From an uncultured Actinomycetota bacterium (GTDB lineage: Bacteria; Actinomycetota; Actinomycetes; Mycobacteriales; Mycobacteriaceae): a DNA stretch of 64,000 nt. The notes below the pieces were generated by a model. That model made no database searches, was not told where the DNA came from, and worked only from the letters and a program-made list of their open reading frames with translations. This document shows positions 1 to 9,631 of this stretch, piece by piece (within the stretch, counting starts at the first letter, position 1; every line of letters begins with the position of its first letter). Where the stretch lies: NCBI GenBank assembly GCA_963716505.1, contig CAVQTL010000015.1, positions 104,982 to 168,981 of the forward strand, given 5' to 3'. The translations under genes were made by a program, and so were the position numbers.

Positions 1-271
1 CCGAGCTGCCGCCGCCCTCCTCGCCGAGGACATGCTCGCCGGGGCGCATTTCGGCCAGCCGGTCACGCAGCAGCCGTTCGGTTTCGGTGTCGACGATGGT
101 GACGGGGTCGGTCGGGGTGCTTTTGGCGCGCACCGCCGGGCCGGTCGATTCGCGCTGCGGTGCATCGCTGAAGACTTCCTCCCGACGGCGCCGCACGAAG
201 TCACCCGCCTCGGCCGCCAACCGCTCGGCAACCGAGCGAAGTTCCGCCGGATCGAACGCGAGTCTTTCCAC
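1..271 (-). CDS. suhB: Inositol monophosphatase SuhB, N-terminal part (runs off the window edge)
   Basis: Hand translation from GTG at 271: MERLAFDPAELRSVAERLAAEAGDFVRRRR...KSTPTDPVTIVDTETERLLRDRLAEMRPGEHVLGEEGG (IMPase motifs D-x-V-T-x-x-D and G-E-E); divergent from ppgK as for Rv2701c/Rv2702. Confidence 0.85.
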   Translation of the reverse strand, partial: MERLAFDPAELRSVAERLAAEAGDFVRRRREEVFSDAPQRESTGPAVRAKSTPTDPVTIVDTETERLLRDRLAEMRPGEHVLGEEGGGSS

Positions 272-354
272 CGGCTTATCGCAGCACAGATTGTCTCTAA
301 CCGGTTGCCCAGCACGCCTACCAAAGCAATGCGGAACTACTAGTGTGTGGGCAC

Positions 355-1164
355 ATGACCGCCACCGATTCACCCGCAGCCGATCCCAGCACCAACGGAG
401 GTTCGCAACGCAGAGGGTTCGGCGTCGACGTCGGCGGTAGCGGCGTCAAGGGGGGCCTCGTCGACCTTGACACCGGCCAGCTGATCGGTGAGCGCTTCAA
501 GCTCGCCACCCCGCAGCCCGCCACCCCCGAGGCTGTCAGCAAGACCGTCGCCGCCGTCGTCCGCGAGTTCGGCTGGACCGAGCGGGTCGGCGTGACATAT
601 CCGGGCGTGGTGGTAGACGGCATCGTGCGCACGGCGGCCAACGTCGACAAGGCCTGGATCGGATGCAACGCCAGCGAGTTCTTCGGCAAGGAACTCAACG
701 GCCAAGAGGTGACCGTGCTGAACGACGCCGACGCCGCAGGGCTGGCCGAGGAGAAGTTCGGCGCAGGCCGCGACAACACCGGCGTCATCGTCCTGCTGAC
801 GTTCGGTACCGGCATCGGGTCGGCCGTGATCCACAACGGCGTACTGCTGCCCAACACGGAGTTCGGCCACCTCGAGGTCGAGGGCAAAGAGGCCGAGCAC
901 AGGGCGGCGTCGTCGATAAAGGAGAACAAGGGCTGGAGCTACGAGCGCTGGACCAAAGAGGTGACCAAGGTGCTCGTCGCGGTCGAGAACGCGATCTGGC
1001 CCGACCTGTTCATCGCGGGCGGCGGAATCAGCCGCAAGGCCGACAAATGGATCCCGCTGCTGACGAACCGCACCCCGATCGTCGCCGCCACCTTGCTGAA
1101 CACGGCCGGAATCGTCGGAGCGGCGATGGCCTCCGAGGTGGACGTCACCGCTACTGCCAAGTAG
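355..1164 (+). CDS. ppgK: Polyphosphate glucokinase (ROK family)
   Basis: [31 protein letters not shown] and NTEFGHL motifs; upstream of sigA. ATG at 355 preferred over GTG at 343. Confidence 0.95.
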   Translation: MTATDSPAADPSTNGGSQRRGFGVDVGGSGVKGGLVDLDTGQLIGERFKLATPQPATPEAVSKTVAAVVREFGWTERVGVTYPGVVVDGIVRTAANVDKAWIGCNASEFFGKELNGQEVTVLNDADAAGLAEEKFGAGRDNTGVIVLLTFGTGIGSAVIHNGVLLPNTEFGHLEVEGKEAEHRAASSIKENKGWSYERWTKEVTKVLVAVENAIWPDLFIAGGGISRKADKWIPLLTNRTPIVAATLLNTAGIVGAAMASEVDVTATAK

Positions 1165-1220
1165 CCACGCCCGGGGGTGTCAAATTTGCCGCTCGGCGCG
1201 GCGTAACCCGACACTGTCGT

Positions 1221-1226
1221 TACAAT
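1221..1226 (+). promoter_or_regulatory. Candidate -10 element (TACAAT) for sigA
   Basis: Near-consensus SigA -10 hexamer about 130 bp upstream of the sigA start; not otherwise verified. Confidence 0.35.
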
Positions 1227-1357
1227 GGTCGACGGCGGCCGCGACGAGAAGGCGGCGAGTATCCCAGCAGATAATCAACGCCACATTCGACATAGCAGAC
1301 GCTTTTCGATGGTGCATGCCCCCAGACCATCGAAATCCTCATGACCGAAAGGGTGAC

Positions 1358-2884
1358 GTGGCAGCGACAAAGGCAAGCCCGGCAGCCACAAAGCCGGTGA
1401 AGCGCACCGCTACCAAGACTCCCGCGAAGAAGGCCACGGCAGCCAACGGATCCGCGCCTGCCAAACCCGCCAAGCGAGCCACCAAGGCAGCCCCGCGCAC
1501 GACCAAGACGGAAAAGGCCGCCGCCAAGACGCGCACGGCGGCCAAGCCGGCCAAGACCGCGGCAACCAAGGCGGGCCCCGCCGCCAAGGCCAAGGCCGAC
1601 GCTGCCCCGCGCAGCCGTGCCAAGAAGGCGACCGCCCCGGAGCCGACGACCACCAAGGCCGACGGCACCGAGGACGACGAGCTCGAGACCACCGACGAAC
1701 TCGACGGTGAGCCCGACGAACTCGTCGAAGAGGAGCTGGATCTCGAGGATCTCGAGGACGACGTCGCCGACGGCGACGAGGCCGGCGACAAGAAAGCCGC
1801 GGGCGACGCGAAGGCCCCCGCTGCCGCCGCTGAGGATGTGCCCGCCGCCGAGGACGATGAGATCGCCGAGCCCAGCGAGAAGGACAAGGCTTCGGGCGAC
1901 TTCGTCTGGGACGAGGAGGAATCCGAGGCGCTGCGGCAGGCTCGCAAGGACGCCGAGCTCACCGCATCGGCTGACTCGGTGCGCGCCTACCTCAAGCAAA
2001 TCGGCAAGGTCGCGCTGCTCAACGCCGAGGAAGAGGTCGAGCTGGCGAAGCGGATCGAGGCAGGGCTCTATGCCACCCAGTTGATGGTGGAGTACGCCGA
2101 GAAGGGCGAGAAGCTGCCCGCCGCTCAGCGCCGCGACATGTCCTGGATCTGTCGTGACGGCGACCGCGCCAAGAACCATCTGCTGGAAGCGAACCTGCGA
2201 CTGGTCGTCTCGCTGGCCAAGCGCTACACCGGCCGCGGCATGGCCTTCCTCGATCTCATTCAGGAGGGCAACCTCGGTCTGATCCGTGCGGTCGAGAAGT
2301 TCGACTACACAAAGGGTTACAAGTTCTCCACGTACGCCACCTGGTGGATCCGGCAGGCGATCACCCGCGCGATGGCCGATCAGGCGCGCACCATCCGCAT
2401 CCCGGTGCACATGGTCGAGGTGATCAACAAGCTCGGCCGCATTCAGCGCGAGCTGCTGCAGGATCTGGGCCGCGAGCCCACGCCGGAAGAGCTGGCCAAG
2501 GAAATGGACATCACGCCGGAGAAGGTGCTGGAGATCCAGCAGTACGCGCGTGAGCCGATCTCGCTCGATCAGACCATCGGTGACGAAGGCGATTCGCAGC
2601 TAGGCGATTTCATCGAGGACAGCGAGGCCGTTGTCGCCGTCGACGCGGTGTCGTTCACGCTGCTGCAGGATCAGCTGCAGTCGGTGCTGGAGACCCTGTC
2701 GGAGCGTGAGGCGGGCGTCGTCCGGCTGCGGTTCGGCCTGACCGACGGGCAGCCGCGCACGCTCGACGAGATCGGTCAGGTCTACGGCGTCACCCGCGAG
2801 CGGATCCGCCAGATCGAGTCCAAGACGATGTCGAAGTTGCGCCACCCCAGCCGTTCTCAGGTGCTGCGCGACTACCTCGACTGA
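1358..2884 (+). CDS. sigA: Principal RNA polymerase sigma factor SigA
   Basis: Lys/Ala-rich then acidic N-terminus; [43 protein letters not shown] and region 4 [15 protein letters not shown] start at 1358 behind GAAAGGG. Confidence 0.98.
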   Translation: MAATKASPAATKPVKRTATKTPAKKATAANGSAPAKPAKRATKAAPRTTKTEKAAAKTRTAAKPAKTAATKAGPAAKAKADAAPRSRAKKATAPEPTTTKADGTEDDELETTDELDGEPDELVEEELDLEDLEDDVADGDEAGDKKAAGDAKAPAAAAEDVPAAEDDEIAEPSEKDKASGDFVWDEEESEALRQARKDAELTASADSVRAYLKQIGKVALLNAEEEVELAKRIEAGLYATQLMVEYAEKGEKLPAAQRRDMSWICRDGDRAKNHLLEANLRLVVSLAKRYTGRGMAFLDLIQEGNLGLIRAVEKFDYTKGYKFSTYATWWIRQAITRAMADQARTIRIPVHMVEVINKLGRIQRELLQDLGREPTPEELAKEMDITPEKVLEIQQYAREPISLDQTIGDEGDSQLGDFIEDSEAVVAVDAVSFTLLQDQLQSVLETLSEREAGVVRLRFGLTDGQPRTLDEIGQVYGVTRERIRQIESKTMSKLRHPSRSQVLRDYLD

Positions 2885-3003
2885 GCGACACTCCGGTCTA
2901 GTGTCATCAACGACGCGCACCGTTAACACCCCCGGCGTCATCTACGTCACAACTCGTGATTGGCGAGGACGGTGAGCAACGAACTACTCACCCTCGCTCA
3001 GCC

Positions 3004-3348
3004 AGAGCAACTCCTCGATGTTTGGCACGCCCGCATCAGCCAGCTACAGTGACCGGCTGGCCTAAACTGGGTACACAGGCCTTCAGGAGGTCTATGCCAT
3101 GAACAAGATTCTCGTCACCCTCGCCACACTCGCGATGTCGGCTGTGTTCGCTCTCGCTGGATCGGGTCAGGCCCAGGCCGATCCCGGCCTCTGTTGGAAC
3201 GGCTGGCTGTGGTCGGCCTGCGTGCAGGGACCGGGCTGGGTGGACCCGGGCTGGGTGGACTGGAACCCGGGGAACAACTGCAATCCTGGACATGGGTGTG
3301 GGGATTGGCGTCACGGCGGGAAGCATTGGTAGTAGCTAGAGCAACTCC
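3004..3348. repeat. 11-bp direct repeat AGAGCAACTCC (3004-3014 and 3338-3348) bracketing a small gene
   Basis: Exact 11-mer copies, extending to 13/14 identity (GCnAGAGCAACTCC), 334 bp apart. Confidence 0.5.
3099..3332 (+). CDS. Small secreted Trp/Gly/Cys-rich protein, unknown function
   Basis: RBS AGGAGG upstream; signal peptide MNKILVTLATLAMSAVFALAGSGQAQA-DP; mature part has 4 Cys, 8 Trp and PGWVD repeats. Confidence 0.75.
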   Translation: MNKILVTLATLAMSAVFALAGSGQAQADPGLCWNGWLWSACVQGPGWVDPGWVDWNPGNNCNPGHGCGDWRHGGKHW

Positions 3349-3734
3349 CGGCTCTCCAGCTCTTCGACCCCGGCCATGGTGATCGTGCAGACCATCCGGT
3401 TCTTGCCGGTGCACTCGCTGAGCCTCAGTGTGCCGATAAACCCGCCGGTCTCGCTTGAACCGGCGAACGTGGGCGGCAGTCTTACCGATTGCACTCGGTC
3501 TGCCACCGGGGAGACCATGGATGGCCGGCCGAGATAACTGATCAGACGTCAGCAGGTGCTGTTTGGTCCCCCGTAGGCGCCTACAGGTTCGGTCGAGTGT
3601 GTCGGCCCGCATCGAGACGCGGCGGCACCTCCGCTGCCGTCATCGGTTCAATGGGACGCCTTTCTGTGAGAAACCGCTAAGGGTGTATTAGTGCGATCCA
3701 TAACCTTCGAGCAGAGCGCCAGCGGAAAACGCGC

Positions 3735-3955
3735 TCACGGCTCGCGGCGTGTGGAGATCCGCACTGATGTGGCCCTGCGAGGCAGGTGCAGTGGGTGTTG
3801 AGCGGCGGTCCGTACACCACGGAGTCGCAGGTTCGGCAGTGCCAGGTGGTGTGTCCCCGCTGCCGTGACCGAGGCAGGCGATGTGGCCGACGAGGACTTG
3901 GTTAGCGCCGAGGGGGTGCCCGGGGCAGCGGCTGGGCGGCTGAGCTATCCACTTG
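3735..3955 (-). pseudogene. Frameshifted small Cys/His-rich (zinc-ribbon-like) protein
   Basis: Three frames join into WIAQPPSRCPGHPLGANQVLVGHIACLGHGS / GHTTWHCRTCDSVVYGPPLNTHCTCLAGP / VRISTRREP*, with indels at about 3856 (G run) and about 3768. Confidence 0.6.
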
Positions 3956-4238
3956 CGACGTCGCGATGCGTCTGCTGGAAGCGGATCGGCCCGCCACCGC
4001 GAAGGGTGACGGGCCGATTGTGAGTAGTGAAAAGGGGTGTATTCGCCGTACATTCTTTGGCACCAAAGTTGCACCGCGATGACATTGGCTGCTGCCAGCC
4101 AGGCCGCCACTCAGTCAAAGATATTTGTCTCCATAAGGCTCTGAGACGACCTGCTAAATCGCTGGTTCGCACAACGCACATCGGCCGCTAGTGCGCGACT
4201 ACCTGGACTAAGGACTCACTGCGACCGCGGGGTGTGCG

Positions 4239-4910
4239 TCAGCACGCTCCCGGGAAGTTCAGGTCGAAGGGGTCCGGGATGCAGGGTTCGTTCTGCTCGG
4301 GTGCTGGGGCCGCGGCCTCCTCAGGTGCCGGGGCCTCCTGGGGTGCAGGAGCCTCCTGGGGAGCCGGCGCAGGCTGCTCTGCCGCCACCGGCTCCGGCGC
4401 CGGAGCAGGTGCGGGTGCAGGTATTGGTCGGTCCTCAACCGGCGCACCGGGAATGCACACAAGCTCGGTGGGCGAATCCCAAGCCTGCATGTCGTGATTC
4501 TCGTACGTGAAGTTACCTGCGGGCGTGTTGTTGGGTAGGACGGCACCGCTGAGAAGCAACGGTGGGTACTTGGATCCCCTGGTCACGGTCAGATTGATCC
4601 AGTTGCCGCCCTTGTCGATGGTTCCGCTGACTCGGCCCTTCAGACTGGTGCCGTTTTGGTAGAAGGTCTCCGCAGGAGCATCAACCGTAATGCCGCGAGG
4701 GGCACTGAACTTTGTTTCGGCGTCCGTCTCCGGGTAATGAATGATCACTTCCCCGCCGGCGAACTGGTACCCCGCTGCTTCGCTGTAACAGTCGGGCGGT
4801 GCCAGCGGCGCGGGCGGCCGTGCTTGAGCAGGCGCCGGGGTGATCAGGAGCCCGACCGCAGCGGCTGTCGCTGAAGCGCCCACGAGTTTCTTGACAGTCG
4901 AGATAGCCAT
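4239..4910 (-). CDS. Secreted hypothetical protein with Pro/Ala-rich repetitive C-terminus
   Basis: Signal peptide ending APAQA; Cys-flanked domain (DC...VC); APAPQE repeats; C-terminal CIPDPFDLNFPGAC. Confidence 0.8.
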   Translation of the reverse strand: MAISTVKKLVGASATAAAVGLLITPAPAQARPPAPLAPPDCYSEAAGYQFAGGEVIIHYPETDAETKFSAPRGITVDAPAETFYQNGTSLKGRVSGTIDKGGNWINLTVTRGSKYPPLLLSGAVLPNNTPAGNFTYENHDMQAWDSPTELVCIPGAPVEDRPIPAPAPAPAPEPVAAEQPAPAPQEAPAPQEAPAPEEAAAPAPEQNEPCIPDPFDLNFPGAC

Positions 4911-4965
4911 GCCCAGGACGTTAACAACGCACGAGCGGCCAAGATATGGGGTGATTCCCTAGCTT

Positions 4966-5610
4966 CTACCCGGACTGATCGGTGGCCTCGTCCGATTTCG
5001 GGTCCACGACCTTGAAGGTGATCCGCTTGACCAGAGTCTCACCCTGAGGCAGGCAACTCGTGCCCTGATCGGCCGTGAACCCGTCGCAGTGCGGCGCGGA
5101 GAGGTTCCAGGAGACGTCGACTGTGTGGGTGCCGACCGGCAGAGGGTCGATCGACCCGAGACCTACGGTGTTGATCGCGGGCAGGCCTGGCGCCGTCGGC
5201 AAGTGCCCGGTCCAGATCTTGTTGTCGCCCGGGAACGAACGGTTGGCCTGGTATGCCGACCCCGCGTCGACGACGTACTCGATGCTCTTGAGTTTGGCGC
5301 GGAAGTCGTCCACCGGCGTGGCGAAGTCGGTGGCGAACCCCGACGGCTTCTGTTCGTATCGGCTGTCCACGGTCCACGGGACCGAAGCGGCCCACTTCTC
5401 ACCGGCGGGCACCTCCCTGCAGTCGGACGTGACGACCGCGACCGAATATCCGTACTGCTGCTTCAGCGTCTGACCACTCGACGAGACACACGGCTCGGCG
5501 GCTGCCCATTTGGCCGCTGCGGGCGGGCTCAAGACCGTGGCAGCCGTCGACAGGGTGACTGTCATTAGTAGCGCCGACCAGAGACTGCCGTTGACAGCAC
5601 GATGGGACAC
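4966..5610 (-). CDS. Secreted hypothetical protein
   Basis: GGAGG RBS 5 nt before GTG at 5610; hydrophobic leader ending AAA; four Cys; beta-rich sequence. Confidence 0.75.
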   Translation of the reverse strand: MSHRAVNGSLWSALLMTVTLSTAATVLSPPAAAKWAAAEPCVSSSGQTLKQQYGYSVAVVTSDCREVPAGEKWAASVPWTVDSRYEQKPSGFATDFATPVDDFRAKLKSIEYVVDAGSAYQANRSFPGDNKIWTGHLPTAPGLPAINTVGLGSIDPLPVGTHTVDVSWNLSAPHCDGFTADQGTSCLPQGETLVKRITFKVVDPKSDEATDQSG

Positions 5611-5681
5611 GTCGTCCTCCCCCAAAATCCCGACCCATATCGCGATGACTGGTGCAAGCGAACTCTCGGCAAACGGCCAAG

Positions 5682-6368
5682 TCAACAATTAACCACGTCG
5701 TTGATTACCTCGGCTAACTCCTTCGGCTTTGTCACCATCACGATGTGGCCTGCCGAAAGCACCCGGTGGTCGACCTCGGCGCCGACGTTGACGATCATCT
5801 GCTCGGCCAGCGCCGGCGGCACGCCCACGTCGTCGGTCAGGCTCACATACGTGAGGGGTACTCCATGTGGATAGGCGCTCAACCGCGCGTTCCACAGAAG
5901 GGGCGATTCGGGAACGAACTGCTTCCATACCTCGGCCCACTGGTCGTCGGTCATGTCGTTGGCGAAGAACAACTTCGCGCGGTCCTCGGTTGGCATCCGG
6001 GGGTCTTCGGTCGGTAAGTCGTCGCCGAAGATGACTGTGGCTGCATTCGAACCCTGCGCAGGCACGAGCGCGCCGACATAGATCAGCGCGGCCACCCGGT
6101 CCGGGTGCCTGCACGCAGTATCGGTGATGACGACACCGCCGAGCGAATGTCCGACGAGCACGAAACGAGCCATGCCGGCTCGGTCCGCGGATTCAATGAC
6201 CGCTGGTACGCAATCCTCGAGAGTCACCGTCGTGATTTCGGCCGGGCGACTTCCGCGACCCGGCAGATCGACCGCCACCGTCGGCGCGTTCAGATGCTCA
6301 ACGACTGGATCCCAGCACGCGGCCGAGAGATTTGACCCGTGCACCAGCACGATGCCATCGACGCTCAC
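5682..6368 (-). CDS. Alpha/beta hydrolase (esterase-like)
   Basis: VLVHG, VDLPGRG, nucleophile elbow GHSLGG, C-terminal SAGH. Confidence 0.9.
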   Translation of the reverse strand: MSVDGIVLVHGSNLSAACWDPVVEHLNAPTVAVDLPGRGSRPAEITTVTLEDCVPAVIESADRAGMARFVLVGHSLGGVVITDTACRHPDRVAALIYVGALVPAQGSNAATVIFGDDLPTEDPRMPTEDRAKLFFANDMTDDQWAEVWKQFVPESPLLWNARLSAYPHGVPLTYVSLTDDVGVPPALAEQMIVNVGAEVDHRVLSAGHIVMVTKPKELAEVINDVVNC

Positions 6369-6384
6369 GACAAGGTCTCGCCGA

Positions 6385-7164
6385 CTAGTGCTTCCTGGCG
6401 CGGACTTTGTATGTCGCAGGCCATGATTCGCGCGTCTCGTCCCCGGACAGCGGGATGCCCTTGCTGCCGATCCGGACGTCGAATGCCTCCTTGCCTGCGC
6501 CGACTTCGCGGTTGGCGTGTTCTTGCGCGGCGTACATCAACTGGTCGATCTCCGCTTCGGCGAATGTGACGAAGGACGTCTTGCGGACCTCGTCGTCGCC
6601 GGGAGTCATCTTCTCGGGCAGCACCCGCGACGCGAGCGCGGCCAGACCCAGCAGCGTGAACGGAATGACCCAGTAGCAGACGAAGGACAGCGGCGTCTTG
6701 GTGTCGAGAATCGTGGCGTTCCCGTACACGATCGGCGGGATCGCCGAGGACACCGTCATGCCGGCGAACGCGCCGACCCAGATCCAGGTCAACAGCGTGG
6801 TGATCCGTTTGAACACTTCGCCTTTGATCACTTCGTCAGGCTGATCGACCTCGGCGAACTCGCGCACGAACGGCCTGCCGAGCAGCACGCTGCTGAGCGC
6901 GACCAGAAAGATTCCGGCGTTGCTCAGCGGCTGCATCCACTGCTCCATGAACGACTGGCTCAGCGTGAACGTCAGAATCGCCAGCACCACAAAGGTTCCG
7001 ATGGCGCCGATTTCGAGCGTGCGGCCCGGCGTCCCCTTTACCCGCCCTATTGCGAACGACGCCACCGCGACGGCGAGAGCCACCAGCACTGCGGCCTCGA
7101 ACGGCACATTGCCGACCAGCACCCAATAGACGATCCACGGCGCGAAGCCCACCAGAATGCTCAC
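6385..7164 (-). CDS. Integral membrane hypothetical protein
   Basis: About 6 hydrophobic segments, GRPF...[12 protein letters not shown] segment, soluble C-terminal tail. Confidence 0.85.
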   Translation of the reverse strand: MSILVGFAPWIVYWVLVGNVPFEAAVLVALAVAVASFAIGRVKGTPGRTLEIGAIGTFVVLAILTFTLSQSFMEQWMQPLSNAGIFLVALSSVLLGRPFVREFAEVDQPDEVIKGEVFKRITTLLTWIWVGAFAGMTVSSAIPPIVYGNATILDTKTPLSFVCYWVIPFTLLGLAALASRVLPEKMTPGDDEVRKTSFVTFAEAEIDQLMYAAQEHANREVGAGKEAFDVRIGSKGIPLSGDETRESWPATYKVRARKH

Positions 7165-7224
7165 GGTGGGTCAGTGTATGTAGTCGGCTCCGCGAGGACG
7201 ACAGTCCGCACTAAATTTGTAACG

Positions 7225-7617
7225 ATGACCCAACGCCGCAATGTGTCGTCGGAATCGAAGTTCGAAGCCGAGGTCGGCTATTCACGAGCGGTGCGCGTCG
7301 GACCGTATGTGGCGGTCTCGGGAACCACCGCCGCCGGCGACACCGTCGCCGACCAGGCTCGGGAAGCATTGCGCCGCATCGAGACCGCGCTCACCGAGGC
7401 CGGCGCCTCGCTGTCCGACGTGGTGCGAACCCGGATGTTCGTCACCGACATCGCCCACTGGCGCGAGATCGGGGCAGTGCACGCAGAATTTTTCGGCGAC
7501 ATCCGTCCGGCCACGACGATGGTGGAGGTGTCCGCGCTGATCTCACCTGAGCTGATGGTGGAGATCGAGGCCGACGCCTACGTCAGCGGCGAGAACGAGC
7601 CGTCGGGCTCCGGCTGA
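7225..7617 (+). CDS. RidA/YjgF family protein (Rv2704-like)
   Basis: [42 protein letters not shown]; C-terminal part of the 6517-7617 track ORF. Confidence 0.92.
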   Translation: MTQRRNVSSESKFEAEVGYSRAVRVGPYVAVSGTTAAGDTVADQAREALRRIETALTEAGASLSDVVRTRMFVTDIAHWREIGAVHAEFFGDIRPATTMVEVSALISPELMVEIEADAYVSGENEPSGSG

Positions 7618-7917
7618 TACGGCGTGACACTCGTCACAGCGCCGGACCGGCAGCGGACCGTACAGATGCGGGAAGAGCATCGACTCCGGATCCGTCGGCA
7701 CGCCCGGTTCCCAGCGGACCGGCGCGGTCAACCGGTCGGGATCGACGTGCAGCAGCACCAGGTCCGTTCGTCCCGCATAGAGCCGGTTGGCCGGCAGATG
7801 TACCTGCTCAGGCGTCGAAAGATGGATGAAACCGACCGCGTCGATGGAGTCCGGGCGGTGCTCGCCGCGATCCTGAGCGAGCCGCCAGTCGTCCTTGGCA
7901 CAGATGTGCACGAGCAT
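7578..7917 (-). CDS. DUF952 family protein (Rv2705c-like), +1 frameshift at about 7645
   Basis: [17 protein letters not shown] and FPHLYGPLP motifs; expected tail [21 protein letters not shown] is in the next frame; length 340 = 3n+1. Confidence 0.85.
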
Positions 7918-8074
7918 CTCTCCACCCTGCCCTGCCCGCAACTTCGCCGAGGGTGAAAAACGACACACCCGTATACGGCTTGGGAACAACGCTGAAAGCT
8001 GAAGCGTCTGACAGAGTGGAATTGCGTGAAACCGGGTATTAACCGGTCGCACTACGAGCAGAGACGGAGGAGCC

Positions 8075-8275
8075 ATGAACGCAACTCTGACCAGTCCCGA
8101 ACTGACCCGGGCTGATCGCTGCGACCGCTGCGGCGCCGCTGCTCGCGTACGGGCAAAGTTGCCGTCGGGCGCCGAGCTGTTGTTCTGCCAGCACCACGCC
8201 AACGAGCATGAGGCCAAGCTGATCGAACTGGCCGCCGTGCTCGAGGTCAAACCCGCCGAATCCGTCGACGCCTAA
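8075..8275 (+). CDS. Small conserved actinobacterial protein with CxxC and FCxHH motifs
   Basis: LTRADRCDRCGAAA...LLFCQHHANEH; RBS GGAG upstream. Confidence 0.85.
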   Translation: MNATLTSPELTRADRCDRCGAAARVRAKLPSGAELLFCQHHANEHEAKLIELAAVLEVKPAESVDA

Positions 8276-8332
8276 TCCACCAGCCTGCCAATCTGGGCAG
8301 GACGGCACTTCTTCAGGAATGCTTGACTGGTC

Positions 8333-9328
8333 ATGACTGACCAGCCGACCGTTTCGCGCCACCACATTTGGCACATCACGAAGCGGACGTTGTCGAAGAG
8401 CTGGGATGACTCGATCTTCGCGGAGTCCGCGCAGGCCGCGTTCTGGTGCGCGTTGTCGTTGCCACCACTGCTGCTGGGCATGCTCGGCAGCCTGGCGTAC
8501 ATCGCGCCGCTGTTCGGCCCGGAGACGCTGCCGGTGATCGAGGAGCAGCTGATCAACACCGCCAGCCACTTCTTCTCCCAGAACGTGGTGACCGAGATCA
8601 TCGAGCCGACTGTCCGCGACATCATCAGGGGCGCTCGCGGCGAGGTGGTGTCGATCGGGTTCGTCATCTCGTTGTGGGCCGGCTCGTCGGCCGTCTCGGC
8701 GTTCGTCGACTCCATCACCGAGGCACATGACCAGACCCCGCTGAGACATCCTGTGCGGCAGCGCTTCTTCGCGCTCGGTCTCTACGTGGTGATGCTGGTG
8801 ATGGCGATCGCGACCGCGCCGCTTGTCGCGCTGGGACCGTTGAAGATCGGTGAGCACATCCCCGAAAGCTGGGACAACATATTGCGTTTCGGTTATTACC
8901 CGGCGCTGATACTCGCCCTGGTGGTGTCCGTGACGTTCCTCTATCGGGTGTCGCTGCCCAAACCGCTGCCGTCGCACCGGCTGGTCCTCGGTGCGGTGTT
9001 GGCCACCGCGGTTTTCCTGATCACCACGGTCGGCTTGCGGATCTACCTGACGTACATCACCAGCACGGGATACACCTACGGCGCGCTCGCGACGCCGATC
9101 GCGTTCCTGCTGTTCGCCTTCTTCCTCGGCTTCGCGATCATGATCGGGGCCGAACTGAACGCGGCCATCGAGGAGGAGTGGCCCGCGCCCGCCACCCACG
9201 CGAAGCGGTTCAGGGGGTGGCTGGAGGAGAAGGCGGCCGAGTCACTCGAATCGTTGAACGGCAATTCGGAACCGGCGGCAGAACCCTCCACGACCGCGAC
9301 GGCCAAGGGCGACGCCGCTACTTCTTGA
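8333..9328 (+). CDS. YihY/virulence factor BrkB family membrane protein (Rv2707-like)
   Basis: SAQAAFWCALSLPP, SLWAGSS, YGALATPIAFLL and GAELNA motifs; synteny. Confidence 0.9.
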   Translation: MTDQPTVSRHHIWHITKRTLSKSWDDSIFAESAQAAFWCALSLPPLLLGMLGSLAYIAPLFGPETLPVIEEQLINTASHFFSQNVVTEIIEPTVRDIIRGARGEVVSIGFVISLWAGSSAVSAFVDSITEAHDQTPLRHPVRQRFFALGLYVVMLVMAIATAPLVALGPLKIGEHIPESWDNILRFGYYPALILALVVSVTFLYRVSLPKPLPSHRLVLGAVLATAVFLITTVGLRIYLTYITSTGYTYGALATPIAFLLFAFFLGFAIMIGAELNAAIEEEWPAPATHAKRFRGWLEEKAAESLESLNGNSEPAAEPSTTATAKGDAATS

Positions 9329-9554
9329 GCTGCTCGTAGATCCGCTTGCAGTCCGGGCACACCGGCGAGCCGGGCTTGGCCGCCTTGGTGACCGGAAACA
9401 CCTCGCCGCACAACGCGACCACGTGGCTACCCATGACGGCGCTTTCGGCGATCTTGTCCTTCTTGACGTAATGGAAGAACTTCGGGGTGTCGCTGTCAGT
9501 CCCGTCGTCGACGCGTTCGTCGGTGTCGGTGCGCTCGATGGTCTGGGTTTTCAT
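9318..9554 (-). CDS. DUF3039 family protein (Rv2708c-like)
   Basis: HYVKKDKIAESAVMG...ALCGEVF...VCPDCKRIY. Confidence 0.9.
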   Translation of the reverse strand: MKTQTIERTDTDERVDDGTDSDTPKFFHYVKKDKIAESAVMGSHVVALCGEVFPVTKAAKPGSPVCPDCKRIYEQLKK

Positions 9555-9631
9555 GGGTTCATTGTGCCCGGCAATACATCGGTAAGAAACCGATCGGTTC
9601 AACGCCCCGCAGGTGTGGAACAGTGGGACGT

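Noticed and set aside
3688-4181. Track ORFs 3688-4110 and 3945-4181 as intact genes
   Set aside because: No RBS or coherent composition; only the middle of 3688-4110 belongs to the degenerate Cys/His mini-gene.
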